Assembly: GCA_965204675.1 (NCBI GenBank) | Contig: OZ242003.1 | Span: forward strand, 4,608,375-4,672,374 | Origin: Vicinamibacterales bacterium | GTDB taxonomy: Bacteria; Acidobacteriota; Vicinamibacteria; Vicinamibacterales; UBA8438 | Length of the DNA: 64,000 bases | Direction of reading: 5' to 3' | Part shown: in pieces, positions 9,341 through 17,347 of the stretch | Position numbering within the stretch: position 1 is the first letter of the stretch | Layout: each line of letters starts with the position of its first letter | The notes under the pieces: model-generated | Seen by the model: only the letters and a program-made list of their open reading frames with translations | Told to the model about the DNA's origin: nothing | Database searches by the model: none | Program-made: the position numbers and the translations under genes

Positions 9341-9658
9341 ATGCAGCATTCCATTCACCGCGTTACTGCGTTCGAGATCGTCGAGCCCTTCGTGCTCGAC
9401 GTCCGATTCGACGACGGAACCCAACAGCGGATCGATTTCCGGTCCCTGTTGCGCGGCGAATTGTACGGCCCTCTGCGCGACGCCGAGGTGTTCGAACGGG
9501 TCGCGATCGATCCCGAGGCACACACCCTCGTCTGGCCGAACGGCGCGGACTTCGATCCGACGATCCTCCACGATTGGCCCGATGCCGGGCCACGCATGGT
9601 CGCACTGGCCCGCCGGTGGGCAGAACCGCGGGAGCCCGGTGCGCTCACCCGCGGATGA
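9341..9658 (+). CDS. DUF2442 domain protein
   Basis: Small ORF directly after the DUF4160 gene, which is the usual pairing. Sequence VTAFEIVEPFVLDVRFDDGTQQRIDF is DUF2442-like. Confidence 0.65.
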   Translation: MQHSIHRVTAFEIVEPFVLDVRFDDGTQQRIDFRSLLRGELYGPLRDAEVFERVAIDPEAHTLVWPNGADFDPTILHDWPDAGPRMVALARRWAEPREPGALTRG

Positions 9659-11378
9659 CGCGGGGCAGCAGCATGTGGTGGCGGGGGCAGATGGAGACGG
9701 GGTTCTGATAGGCGGCGGCGGTGAACGCCTGCAGGTAGCCCCGCAGGTCGGCGAGGGCGACGACCTCGTCGACGAAGCCGTGGCGGGCGCAGTAGGCGGG
9801 GCGTGAGGTCTCCTGGTAGCGGTCGACGAGCGCGTTCATGCGTTCGATGACGGGGTCGAGGGGACGGCCGGCCGCGTGCTCCTTGGCGGCGCGGCGGGCG
9901 TAGGTGGCGACGGCCGCGGTCTCGCCGTGCATGACCTCGATCTCGGTGGCGGGGGTGCCGAGGGTGAACGCGTTGTGGCGGTTGGCGGTGGGGCCGCCCA
10001 TGACGTAGTGGGCGGCCGCCGTGCCCTTCCGCAGCACCACCAGCATCATCGGCACGTCGGTCTGCTGGATCGAGTAGATGAGGGCCTGTCCGAGGCCGAG
10101 CACCTCGGCCTTCTCGGCCCGCTCGCCCACGTCGATGCCCGACGTGTCCTGGAACCAGACGACGGGCAGCCGGTCGCGGCCGCAGAGGGTGACGAACTCG
10201 TTCATCTTGACGAGCCCCTGCCGGTAGAGCTTGCCCCCCATGCCCGGGTAGTCGCCGTAGTCGGGATAGCCCTTCCCCAGGTAGCCCTGCCGGTTGCCGA
10301 TGCAGCCGACGAGGCGGCCGTCGACCTTGCAGACCCCGGTGAACACCTCGGGGCCGTAGTCGGGCCGGAACTCGAGGCGCTCGCTGCCGTCGACGAGCCG
10401 GGCCAGGACCTCGTCGAAGTCGTAGACCTCCTTCTCGTTGGCGGGCAGCAGGTGGTAGAGGTCGTCGACGGGGAATGCGGGGGCCTTCGGTTCGGCCGCC
10501 CGGAAGAACTCCGGCCCGTAGGCGGGCATCGCCCGCATGTACTCCTTCAGCCCGTCGAGGACCCCGGTCTCCTCGTCGTAGACCCGCGTGAAGAAGCCGG
10601 TGGCGTCGTGGTGGGTGGCGACGTCCCCGGGGGGGCGCGCCGTGAACTCGCGGGTCCGCGCGATCAGCTCCTCGACCATGGCGGCGTCGAACCCGCCCTT
10701 GGGGGCCATGCCCGAGACGATGCCGACCCCGCCGACCGCCATGTTGGCGTCCTTGTGCGCGAGCAGGATCGTCGGGCTGACCGACTGATATCCCCCGCCC
10801 GCCGGGTTCGTCCCGTAGATGCCGGCCAGCACCGGAATGCCCGCCTGCTCGAGCTCGGCGTGCCGGAAGAACGGGGTCCCCGCGCCGCGCCGGTTCGCGT
10901 AGAACTTCTCCTGCTCGGGCAGCTTCGCCCCGCTGCAGTGGACGAGCCAGACGAGGGGCACGTTGAGCCGGCGCGCGAGATCGGTGGCGCGGAGGATGTT
11001 CTCGGACTGGCCGGGCAGCCACGCCCCCGCCATGACCTTGTTGTCGAAGCCGATGACCACCGCCCAGCGGCCCTCGATGCGCCCGAGGCCGTCGACGACG
11101 TTGGTGACGCCCTCCTCGTTCTCGGCGGGGTTGTAGAGGGTGTGCAGCGGGCGCCAGGTGCCGGGGTCCAGCAGGTACTCGAGCCGCTGATAGACGGTCA
11201 TCCAGCCCCGCTGGTTGATCTTCTCGGTCGGGAACCCGGCCTCCTCGGCCGCCTTCGCCGCCGCCGCGATGTCCGCCTCCACCGCCCGCAACGCCTCCGC
11301 GCTCGCGGCCGCCCGCTTCACCCGGCCCGGCTTCAAGGCCTTGCCGAACCGGTCCATCGTCTCGAAATAGGGCTTCAC
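9645..11378 (-). CDS. gcdA: Acyl-CoA carboxyltransferase, glutaconyl-CoA decarboxylase alpha-subunit-like
   Basis: 577 aa. Carboxyltransferase motifs VIGFDNKVMAGAWLPG, LVHCSGAKLPEQ and GTNPAGGGYQS. The length and N-terminal extension fit GcdA better than the ~510-aa MmdA type. Last gene of the decarboxylase cluster. Confidence 0.7.
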   Translation of the reverse strand: MKPYFETMDRFGKALKPGRVKRAAASAEALRAVEADIAAAAKAAEEAGFPTEKINQRGWMTVYQRLEYLLDPGTWRPLHTLYNPAENEEGVTNVVDGLGRIEGRWAVVIGFDNKVMAGAWLPGQSENILRATDLARRLNVPLVWLVHCSGAKLPEQEKFYANRRGAGTPFFRHAELEQAGIPVLAGIYGTNPAGGGYQSVSPTILLAHKDANMAVGGVGIVSGMAPKGGFDAAMVEELIARTREFTARPPGDVATHHDATGFFTRVYDEETGVLDGLKEYMRAMPAYGPEFFRAAEPKAPAFPVDDLYHLLPANEKEVYDFDEVLARLVDGSERLEFRPDYGPEVFTGVCKVDGRLVGCIGNRQGYLGKGYPDYGDYPGMGGKLYRQGLVKMNEFVTLCGRDRLPVVWFQDTSGIDVGERAEKAEVLGLGQALIYSIQQTDVPMMLVVLRKGTAAAHYVMGGPTANRHNAFTLGTPATEIEVMHGETAAVATYARRAAKEHAAGRPLDPVIERMNALVDRYQETSRPAYCARHGFVDEVVALADLRGYLQAFTAAAYQNPVSICPRHHMLLPRVIRG

Positions 11379-11481
11379 TGCACGATCCTCGATACCCGCG
11401 GGCGCCGCAACGGTCCCGCCGCGTCAGGCGCAGGTTCTGCCGCCGAATGTCCGACGTCGAACAAACGCCGGACGAGTGGAC

Positions 11482-12651
11482 TCACCGGTTCGGCGCGTGG
11501 CCGCAGGCGATGCCCGAGATGATGAGCTTCTGCACGTTCGAGGTCCCCTCGACCACCTGCAGCGACTTGGCGTCGCGGTAGAGCCGCTCGGCCGGGTACT
11601 CCGTCGAGTAGCCGTACGAGCCGTAGATCTTCATGCACTCGTTGGCCGCGTGCACCGCCGCCTCGCTCGCCTGCAGCTTGGCCAGCGACGTCTCGTACTG
11701 GTTCGGCCGGCCGTTGTCCTTGAGCCACGCGGCCCGGTAGACGAGCATCCGCGCCGACTCGTGCTCGAGCGCCATCTCGGCAATCTGCGCCTGCACCATC
11801 TGGTGGTGCGAGATGGGCTTGCCGAACTGGGTGCGCTCGTTCGCGTAGCCCACGGCGGCGTCGAGGGCGGCGCCGGCGACCCCGAGGGCGCCGGCCGCGC
11901 ACCCCAGCCGGGTGTTGTTGAGCTGCCACATGCAGATCTTGAACCCGTCGCCGGGCTCGCCGAGCAGGGCGTCCTTGGGGAGCCTCGTGCCATGGAACGC
12001 CATCTCGCCGGTGGGCGCGCAGTGCAGGCCGAGCTTCGTGTCGATGTCGGTCGCCACGAAGTTCTCCACCTTCTTCGGCTCGAGAATGAACGCGCTCATG
12101 CCGCGGTGCTTGCTCTCCGGATCGGTCATGACGTAGAGCAGCCCGGCGTCGCCCTGGGTGGCGTTCGAGACCCAGATCTTGCTGCCCGTCAGCTCCCAGT
12201 GGCCGCCCCTGTCGCGGGCCACGGTGGTCATGCTCGCCACGTCGGAGCCGCTGTCGGGCTCGGTCATGCCGAAGAAGCCGATCTGCGTCCCCGCCACCCA
12301 GCCGGGAACGAACCGCTCCTGCTGCCCGGGGGTGCCGAACTTCGCCACCGTCAAGGCCGGCCCGAGGTTCTGCATGTTGAACGGCAGCCGCCACGACGCC
12401 GAGACCTTGGCGATCTGCTCGGCCATGAGCACAGATTCCATGAAGCCGAACCCGGTGCCGCCCAACGATTCCGGCAAGGCGCACGAGAAGAAGCCCAGCT
12501 CGCCCATCCGCCGCACCCGGTCCAGGCGGAACTCGTGGTTCCGTTCCTCCTCCACCAGAGTCGGCGCGATGTCGTTCTCGGCGAACTCGCGCGCCGTCTC
12601 CTGCACCAGCTTCTGCTCGTCCGTCAGCTCGAAGTCCATGCCCGTCTTCAC
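11482..12651 (-). CDS. Acyl-CoA dehydrogenase (possible glutaryl-CoA dehydrogenase)
   Basis: 389 aa. ACAD hallmarks GFFGMTEPDSGSD and VVEGTSNVQKLIISG. Start ATG overlaps the stop of the biotin carrier gene (ATGA). Confidence 0.85.
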   Translation of the reverse strand: MKTGMDFELTDEQKLVQETAREFAENDIAPTLVEEERNHEFRLDRVRRMGELGFFSCALPESLGGTGFGFMESVLMAEQIAKVSASWRLPFNMQNLGPALTVAKFGTPGQQERFVPGWVAGTQIGFFGMTEPDSGSDVASMTTVARDRGGHWELTGSKIWVSNATQGDAGLLYVMTDPESKHRGMSAFILEPKKVENFVATDIDTKLGLHCAPTGEMAFHGTRLPKDALLGEPGDGFKICMWQLNNTRLGCAAGALGVAGAALDAAVGYANERTQFGKPISHHQMVQAQIAEMALEHESARMLVYRAAWLKDNGRPNQYETSLAKLQASEAAVHAANECMKIYGSYGYSTEYPAERLYRDAKSLQVVEGTSNVQKLIISGIACGHAPNR

Positions 12652-12866
12652 TCCCCGATCGTCGCCAGCGGGTCGTCCTCCTCGACCTGGTCGCCGACCG
12701 CGACCCGCAGCGCCGTCACCTTGCCGTCCGACGGCGCGTACACCACCGTCTCCATCTTCATCGCCTCGAGGACCAGCAATTCGTCGTCCTCCTCGACGGC
12801 GTCGCCGACCGCCACCGCGATCGACAGCACCTTCCCGGCCAGCGGGGCCGCCACCTCTTCCGCCAT
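12648..12866 (-). CDS. gcdC: Biotin carboxyl carrier (biotinyl domain only, 72 aa)
   Basis: Biotinylation motif LEAMKMETVV inside a lipoyl/biotinyl-type fold sequence. Sits between the beta subunit and the ACAD gene. Confidence 0.8.
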   Translation of the reverse strand: MAEEVAAPLAGKVLSIAVAVGDAVEEDDELLVLEAMKMETVVYAPSDGKVTALRVAVGDQVEEDDPLATIGE

Positions 12867-12990
12867 GTCGTCGTCCTCTCCCTGCGTCTACTCACCGTCC
12901 AGGTCCGGCCGGCGCTCCGCTCGCCGACCGACGCTCTGGAAGTCGGCCTCGTCCCCGTAGCGGAATCCTGCCTCGGCGACCGTCGCCCAT

Positions 12991-13128
12991 GGCTCCGATT
13001 GCGGCCTGACCCGCGCCGGAATCACCGTCTGCGGTTCCGATCGGCGCCCCAACCGACCTTCAGTCAGGTCGGCGCCGTGAAACGCAGGTCCTTCCCGGAA
13101 CCGCGGCCCGGCGGCTCCGATTGCGGCC
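12991..13128. repeat. Two copies of the 16-mer GGCTCCGATTGCGGCC, 122 bp apart, flanking a 7-bp-stem hairpin, in the gcdB-gcdC spacer
   Basis: Exact 16-mers at 12991..13006 and 13113..13128. Hairpin CCGACCT-TCAGTC-AGGTCGG at 13053..13072. Confidence 0.8.
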
Positions 13129-13137
13129 CGATCCCCG

Positions 13138-14241
13138 TTACCGCAGCATCGTCAGGAAGATGCCGGCCGCGATGACGGTGCCGATGACCCCCGCGAGGTT
13201 CGGCCCCATGGCGAACATCAGCAGGTAGTTCTTGCGGTCGGCCTCGGCCCCCACCCTGTGGGCCACCCGCGCCGCCATGGGCACCGCCGACACGCCGGCC
13301 GCCCCGACGAGCGGATTGATCTTATCGCTGGTGAAGAGGTTCATCGCCTTGGCCAGCAGCACCCCGCTCGCGGTGCCGAGGGCGAACGCCGCGAGCCCGA
13401 GCGCGAAGATGAACAGCACGTCGGCCCGCAGGAACGTCGGCGCGTCCATCGTCGCGCCCACGCTCACCCCGAGGAGGATGGTGACGATGTTCATGAGGGC
13501 GTTCTGCGCGGTGTCGGTCAGCCGCTCGACGACCTTCGACTCGCGGAAGAGGTTTCCGAGCATGAACATGGCGATCAACGGGGCCGACGCGGGCACCAGC
13601 AGAATGATGCCCATCGCCGCCGCCACCGGGAAGACCAGCTTCTCGCGGGCAGTCACCTTGCGCACCTTCCTCATCCGGATCTTCCGCTCGCCCTCCGTCG
13701 TCAGCAGCCGCATGATCGGCGGCTGGATGATGGGGACCAGCGCCATGTAGGAGTAGGCGGCGACGGCGCAGGCGCCGAGCAGCTCGGGGGCGAGCTGCGA
13801 GGCGAGGAAGATCGTCGTCGGCCCGTCCGCCCCGCCGATGATGCCGATGGCCGCGGCCTCCTCCAGCGTGAACCCGGCCGCGTGCGCGGCGAAGAACGTG
13901 ACGTAGACGCCGCCCTGCGCCGCCGCTCCGAGGAAGATCAGGCGCGGCTGCGACAGCAGGGGGCCGAAGTCGGTGTGCGCGCCCAGCCCGAGGAAGATGA
14001 GGGGGGGGATGACCTCCCACTCGATCCCGTAGTGGTAGAAGCGCCAGATGAGGCCCTCGCCGGGGGTCATCAACCCCGTCAGGGGCAGATTCGCGACGAG
14101 GATGCCGAACCCGATGGGCAGCAGCAGCAGCGGCTCGTACTGGCGGCTTATCGCGAGGTGGATCAGGACGAGTCCGATCGCCCACATGACCACCATGCCC
14201 GGGGTGACGGCCAGGACGCCGAGCTGATCGAGGAACGCCAC
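13138..14241 (-). CDS. gcdB: Na+-translocating decarboxylase beta subunit (OadB/GcdB/MmdB family)
   Basis: Polytopic membrane protein with YEPLLLLPIGFGILVANLPL and GPNLAGVIG, typical of OadB-family pumps. GTG start at 14241 overlaps the TAG of the upstream small subunit (TAGTG). The longer ORF to 14427 has an Arg-rich, non-coding-looking N-terminus. Confidence 0.8.
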   Translation of the reverse strand: MAFLDQLGVLAVTPGMVVMWAIGLVLIHLAISRQYEPLLLLPIGFGILVANLPLTGLMTPGEGLIWRFYHYGIEWEVIPPLIFLGLGAHTDFGPLLSQPRLIFLGAAAQGGVYVTFFAAHAAGFTLEEAAAIGIIGGADGPTTIFLASQLAPELLGACAVAAYSYMALVPIIQPPIMRLLTTEGERKIRMRKVRKVTAREKLVFPVAAAMGIILLVPASAPLIAMFMLGNLFRESKVVERLTDTAQNALMNIVTILLGVSVGATMDAPTFLRADVLFIFALGLAAFALGTASGVLLAKAMNLFTSDKINPLVGAAGVSAVPMAARVAHRVGAEADRKNYLLMFAMGPNLAGVIGTVIAAGIFLTMLR

Positions 14242-14387
14242 TAGTCGGAAGCCGGGTCGGCCGGGGTCGATTCGGAGGCGGGGCGGCCGAGGACGGCCGC
14301 GAGAACGCGCATCAGGACGTACAGGACCGCGATGCCGGTGAAGACCCCGAGGACGCCGTTGACGAAGATGTCGGTAGCCGTGGTCAC
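14241..14387 (-). CDS. Small single-TM subunit (OadG/GcdD-like anchor), tentative
   Basis: GTG at 14387 preceded by GGGGGAG (6-nt spacer). Product VTTATDIFVNGVLGVFTGIAVLYVLMRVLAAVLGRP resembles gamma/delta anchor subunits of Na+ decarboxylases. Stop overlaps the gcdB start. Confidence 0.5.
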   Translation of the reverse strand: MTTATDIFVNGVLGVFTGIAVLYVLMRVLAAVLGRPASESTPADPASD

Positions 14388-14426
14388 CGGACGCTCCCCC
14401 GCCGTTCGCCCGGCGGGACCGCGACA

Positions 14427-14432
14427 ATTATA
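14427..14432 (-). promoter_or_regulatory. Candidate -10 box (perfect TATAAT on the minus strand) for the decarboxylase operon
   Basis: Plus strand reads ATTATA at 14427..14432, 39 nt upstream of the GTG at 14387. No convincing -35 element. Confidence 0.3.
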
Positions 14433-14434
14433 CG

Positions 14435-14543
14435 GTGTGCGTACGCTTCGGGGGTTGGAAGCCGGTGCGACCATCGCCTCGCCCCTCGCAACAGCCTCGA
14501 TTCAGACCTGTGTGAGTACGCTTCGGAGGGCGGAGCCGGTACG
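14435..14543. repeat. Two ~34-bp direct repeats (GTGTG.GTACGCTTCGG.GG..GGA.GCCGGT) 75 bp apart in a divergent intergenic region
   Basis: 14435..14468 GTGTGCGTACGCTTCGGGGGTTGGAAGCCGGTGC versus 14510..14543 GTGTGAGTACGCTTCGGAGGGCGGAGCCGGTACG. Confidence 0.75.
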
Positions 14544-14620
14544 CCGGAAGCACCGCGGCCGGCTGGCGCCAACCATGTCGGGAGCAGGCGCCGCCGCGTG
14601 CCAGGCTATCATGATGGCCG

Positions 14621-16318
14621 ATGTCAGCCGCGCGACGCCGGCGTTCCCGGCCGCCCAAACGGCACGCACCGTCCCCGGCCGATCCCGGCCGGGCCGCCGC
14701 CGCTTCCGGACCGGCCGGGGCCTCTTCCACCTTCCCGGTCTGGACGGTTCCCGTGGGGCTGACCCTCGCGCTCCTCGCGGTGTCGCTCGCGCCCCGCGTG
14801 CAGTCGAACGCGGTCCTCGCCGGCTCGTTCCAGGCCGCCGCCGCGGCACTGGCGATCTGGCAGGCGGTCCTCTGGCTGCGTCTGCGGGCGGAGCCCACCG
14901 GACGGTCGTTCCAGGTAGTGCTGCGGCCGCAGCACTACCTGCAGGCCGCCGTCCAGCTCTCGGTGTTCCTCTACTGGGGCTACTTCTGGCGGCCCGTCTA
15001 CGACCACGCGTGGCTCCTCGTCGCCCAGCTTCTCTTCGCCTACGCGTTCGACCTGCTGCTCGCCTGGTCGCGGCGCGAGCGCTACGTGCTGGGGTTCGGC
15101 CCGTTCCCCATCATCTTCAGCACCAACCTCTTCCTCTGGTTCCGCGACGACTGGTTCTACCTGCAGTTCGTCATGCTCGCGGCCGGCTTCATGGGCAAGG
15201 AGTTCGTGCGGTGGCGGCGCGACGGACGCAGCACCCACATCTTCAACCCGTCCGCCTTCTCCCTCGGCCTGTTCTCGCTGATCCTGCTCGCGACCGGCAC
15301 CACCGACCTGACGTGGGGCCAGGACATCGCCTCGACCCTGACCCTCGCGCCGCGCATCTACCTGTTCCTGTTCCTGATCGGGCTCGTCGTGATGTACGCG
15401 TTCTCGATCACCCTGGTTGCGGGGTCGGCCGCCATCGTGCTCTTCGGGTCGAGCGCGCTGTACTCCGCGGTCACCGGCGTGCCGTACTTCATCGACTCGG
15501 AGATCCCGAGCGCGGTGTTCCTGGGGCTTCACCTGCTCGTCACCGACCCGTCGACGTCGCCGCGGACGCCCCTCGGCAAGACGATCTTCGGGGCCCTCTA
15601 CGGGGCGGGGGTGTTCGCGCTCTACGCGCTGCTGGGGGTGATGGGCCTCCCCACGTTCTACGACAAGCTGCTGTGCGTGCCGCTGCTGAACCTGAGCGTG
15701 CAGCAAATCGACAGGCTCGCGGCCGCCCTGCAGGCCCGGCGCAGAGCGCCGGCGCGGCCCGAGGGCACGCCGGCGAGGGCAGAGCGGCCCGAGGGAATGA
15801 CAGCGCGCCGGCCGAAGGGAACGACGGTGCCGGCGCCCGTCGGGCTGCTTCAATCCAACCCGCTCCACATGGCGGTGTGGGCGCTCTTCTTCGGCGTGAT
15901 GACGGCGTCGGGGGCGACGGACGGGCGGCACCGCGGCGACACGGTCCCCTTCTGGGAGCAGGCGTGCGCCGACGGCCGGCCGCTGGCGTGCGAGCGGCTG
16001 ATCCGGATCGAGACCAACTACTGCGGCGACAACGCGGGATGGGCGTGCAACGAGCTCGGCCGGCATCACCGGGAGGGCACCGTGGTCGCCGCCGACCCCG
16101 AACGCGCGCTCGAGTACTTCGCCCTGGCCTGCGAGCTGCGGTTCCAGGCCGGCTGCGTCAACCTGCTCGACCCGGAGTCGACGATCCAGGCCGACCCGCG
16201 CGCCCTCGACCTCCGGCTGCTGCTCCGCGAGGCCGGCCCCAACCTGCTCGACATGCCCGAGCCGATGCTCCATGCGAGGGCCTGCGACCACGGCTGGTCG
16301 TTCGCGTGCCGGCCGTGA
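14621..16318 (+). CDS. Polytopic membrane protein with a C-terminal Cys-rich Sel1/Hcp-like repeat domain
   Basis: About 9-10 predicted TM helices (e.g. LSVFLYWGYFW, IYLFLFLIGLVVMYAF). HIFNPSAF motif resembles NqrB/RnfD-type membrane proteins. C-terminus ACADGRPLACERL...AGWACNELGRHHREG...ALEYFALACELRFQAGC is Sel1-like. Confidence 0.6.
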   Translation: MSAARRRRSRPPKRHAPSPADPGRAAAASGPAGASSTFPVWTVPVGLTLALLAVSLAPRVQSNAVLAGSFQAAAAALAIWQAVLWLRLRAEPTGRSFQVVLRPQHYLQAAVQLSVFLYWGYFWRPVYDHAWLLVAQLLFAYAFDLLLAWSRRERYVLGFGPFPIIFSTNLFLWFRDDWFYLQFVMLAAGFMGKEFVRWRRDGRSTHIFNPSAFSLGLFSLILLATGTTDLTWGQDIASTLTLAPRIYLFLFLIGLVVMYAFSITLVAGSAAIVLFGSSALYSAVTGVPYFIDSEIPSAVFLGLHLLVTDPSTSPRTPLGKTIFGALYGAGVFALYALLGVMGLPTFYDKLLCVPLLNLSVQQIDRLAAALQARRRAPARPEGTPARAERPEGMTARRPKGTTVPAPVGLLQSNPLHMAVWALFFGVMTASGATDGRHRGDTVPFWEQACADGRPLACERLIRIETNYCGDNAGWACNELGRHHREGTVVAADPERALEYFALACELRFQAGCVNLLDPESTIQADPRALDLRLLLREAGPNLLDMPEPMLHARACDHGWSFACRP

Positions 16319-16349
16319 CGCGGCACGAGCTCTGCCACACCTTCCGACG

Positions 16350-17324
16350 ATGCCCACGACCACCGCTTCTCCCCCGCCTCGGGACGACCCGTCACCCGGC
16401 ATGATCGGACCCGCGATCCTGGCCGTCCTCGTCATCGGGGCGGCGGTATGGCTCGGGCTCCAACCCACTCCGGGCGCTGCCGGCGCGCCCGCCGGCGCCG
16501 CTCCGCCGGCCGCGGCCACGCCCGCGGACCTCCCGGGGTTCCGCCCCGACGCCTGGTTCCTGCCTGACGACGCGCAGCTCGGCTTCGTCGAGATAGCGGC
16601 CGGGCCGTTCTCCATGGGCGCCGACCCGACCACCGACGCCCGGGCGTTCGACAACGAGCGCTGGTCCGCGGGGTCGGCCCAGGGAACGGTGAATCTGGCC
16701 GCCTACCTCATCGGCCGCTACGAGGTCACCGTCGCGCAGTTCGCGGCCTTCGTCGCCGCGACCGGGTTCGCGGCCGACCCCCAGGCCCTCGATGCCCCCC
16801 CGGACCACCCCGTCGCCAGCGTGTCTTGGCCCGACGCGCTGGCCTACTGCCGGTGGCTCGACGCCGCACTGCGGGACGCGCCGCACACGCCGGAGGCACT
16901 GGCCGAGCGCCTGGAAGGTGGCTGGCAGGTCACCCTGCCTTCAGAAGCGCAGTGGGAGAAGGCGGCGCGGGGGACCGACGGGCGGCGCTATCCATGGGGC
17001 GGGGAGATGCGCCGTGACCGCATGGCCCTGCAAAGCGGGGCCGCCGCGCCGGCGGGCAGCGTCCCGTGCCCCGAGTGCCCCTACGGACTGCTGGACATGA
17101 GCGGCAACGTCTGGGAGTGGACACGGAGTCCGCTCTGGCCCTACCCGTTCGATGGCGGCAGCCGCGGGGACCTGAACGCCGACGCTCTGTGGGTCATGCG
17201 CGGCGGCTCGTTCACCGACCCGCCGCGCAACCTGCGCACCACCACCCGCGGCGGCGCCGACCCCGGTGCCCGCCGGCCCTTCATCGGTTTCCGCCTCGTG
17301 CTGTCGCCGCGCCGGCCGCGGTAG
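16350..17324 (+). CDS. Formylglycine-generating enzyme family (SUMF1/FGE-sulfatase domain) protein, membrane anchored
   Basis: ATG at 16350. TM helix MIGPAILAVLVIGAAVWLGL. FGE-domain motifs GRYEVTVAQFAAFV, HPVASVSWPDALAYCRWL, MSGNVWEWT, VMRGGSF and GFRLV. Confidence 0.8.
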   Translation: MPTTTASPPPRDDPSPGMIGPAILAVLVIGAAVWLGLQPTPGAAGAPAGAAPPAAATPADLPGFRPDAWFLPDDAQLGFVEIAAGPFSMGADPTTDARAFDNERWSAGSAQGTVNLAAYLIGRYEVTVAQFAAFVAATGFAADPQALDAPPDHPVASVSWPDALAYCRWLDAALRDAPHTPEALAERLEGGWQVTLPSEAQWEKAARGTDGRRYPWGGEMRRDRMALQSGAAAPAGSVPCPECPYGLLDMSGNVWEWTRSPLWPYPFDGGSRGDLNADALWVMRGGSFTDPPRNLRTTTRGGADPGARRPFIGFRLVLSPRRPR

Positions 17325-17347
17325 AGGAGTTCGACGGCCAGGTAAGG

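Noticed and set aside
12867-13137. Small epsilon-like subunit gene in the gcdB-gcdC spacer
   Set aside because: The open frame has no ATG, only a weak internal GTG, and no SD. I see no similarity to MmdE/GcdD-type subunits. It is reported only as part of the spacer finding.
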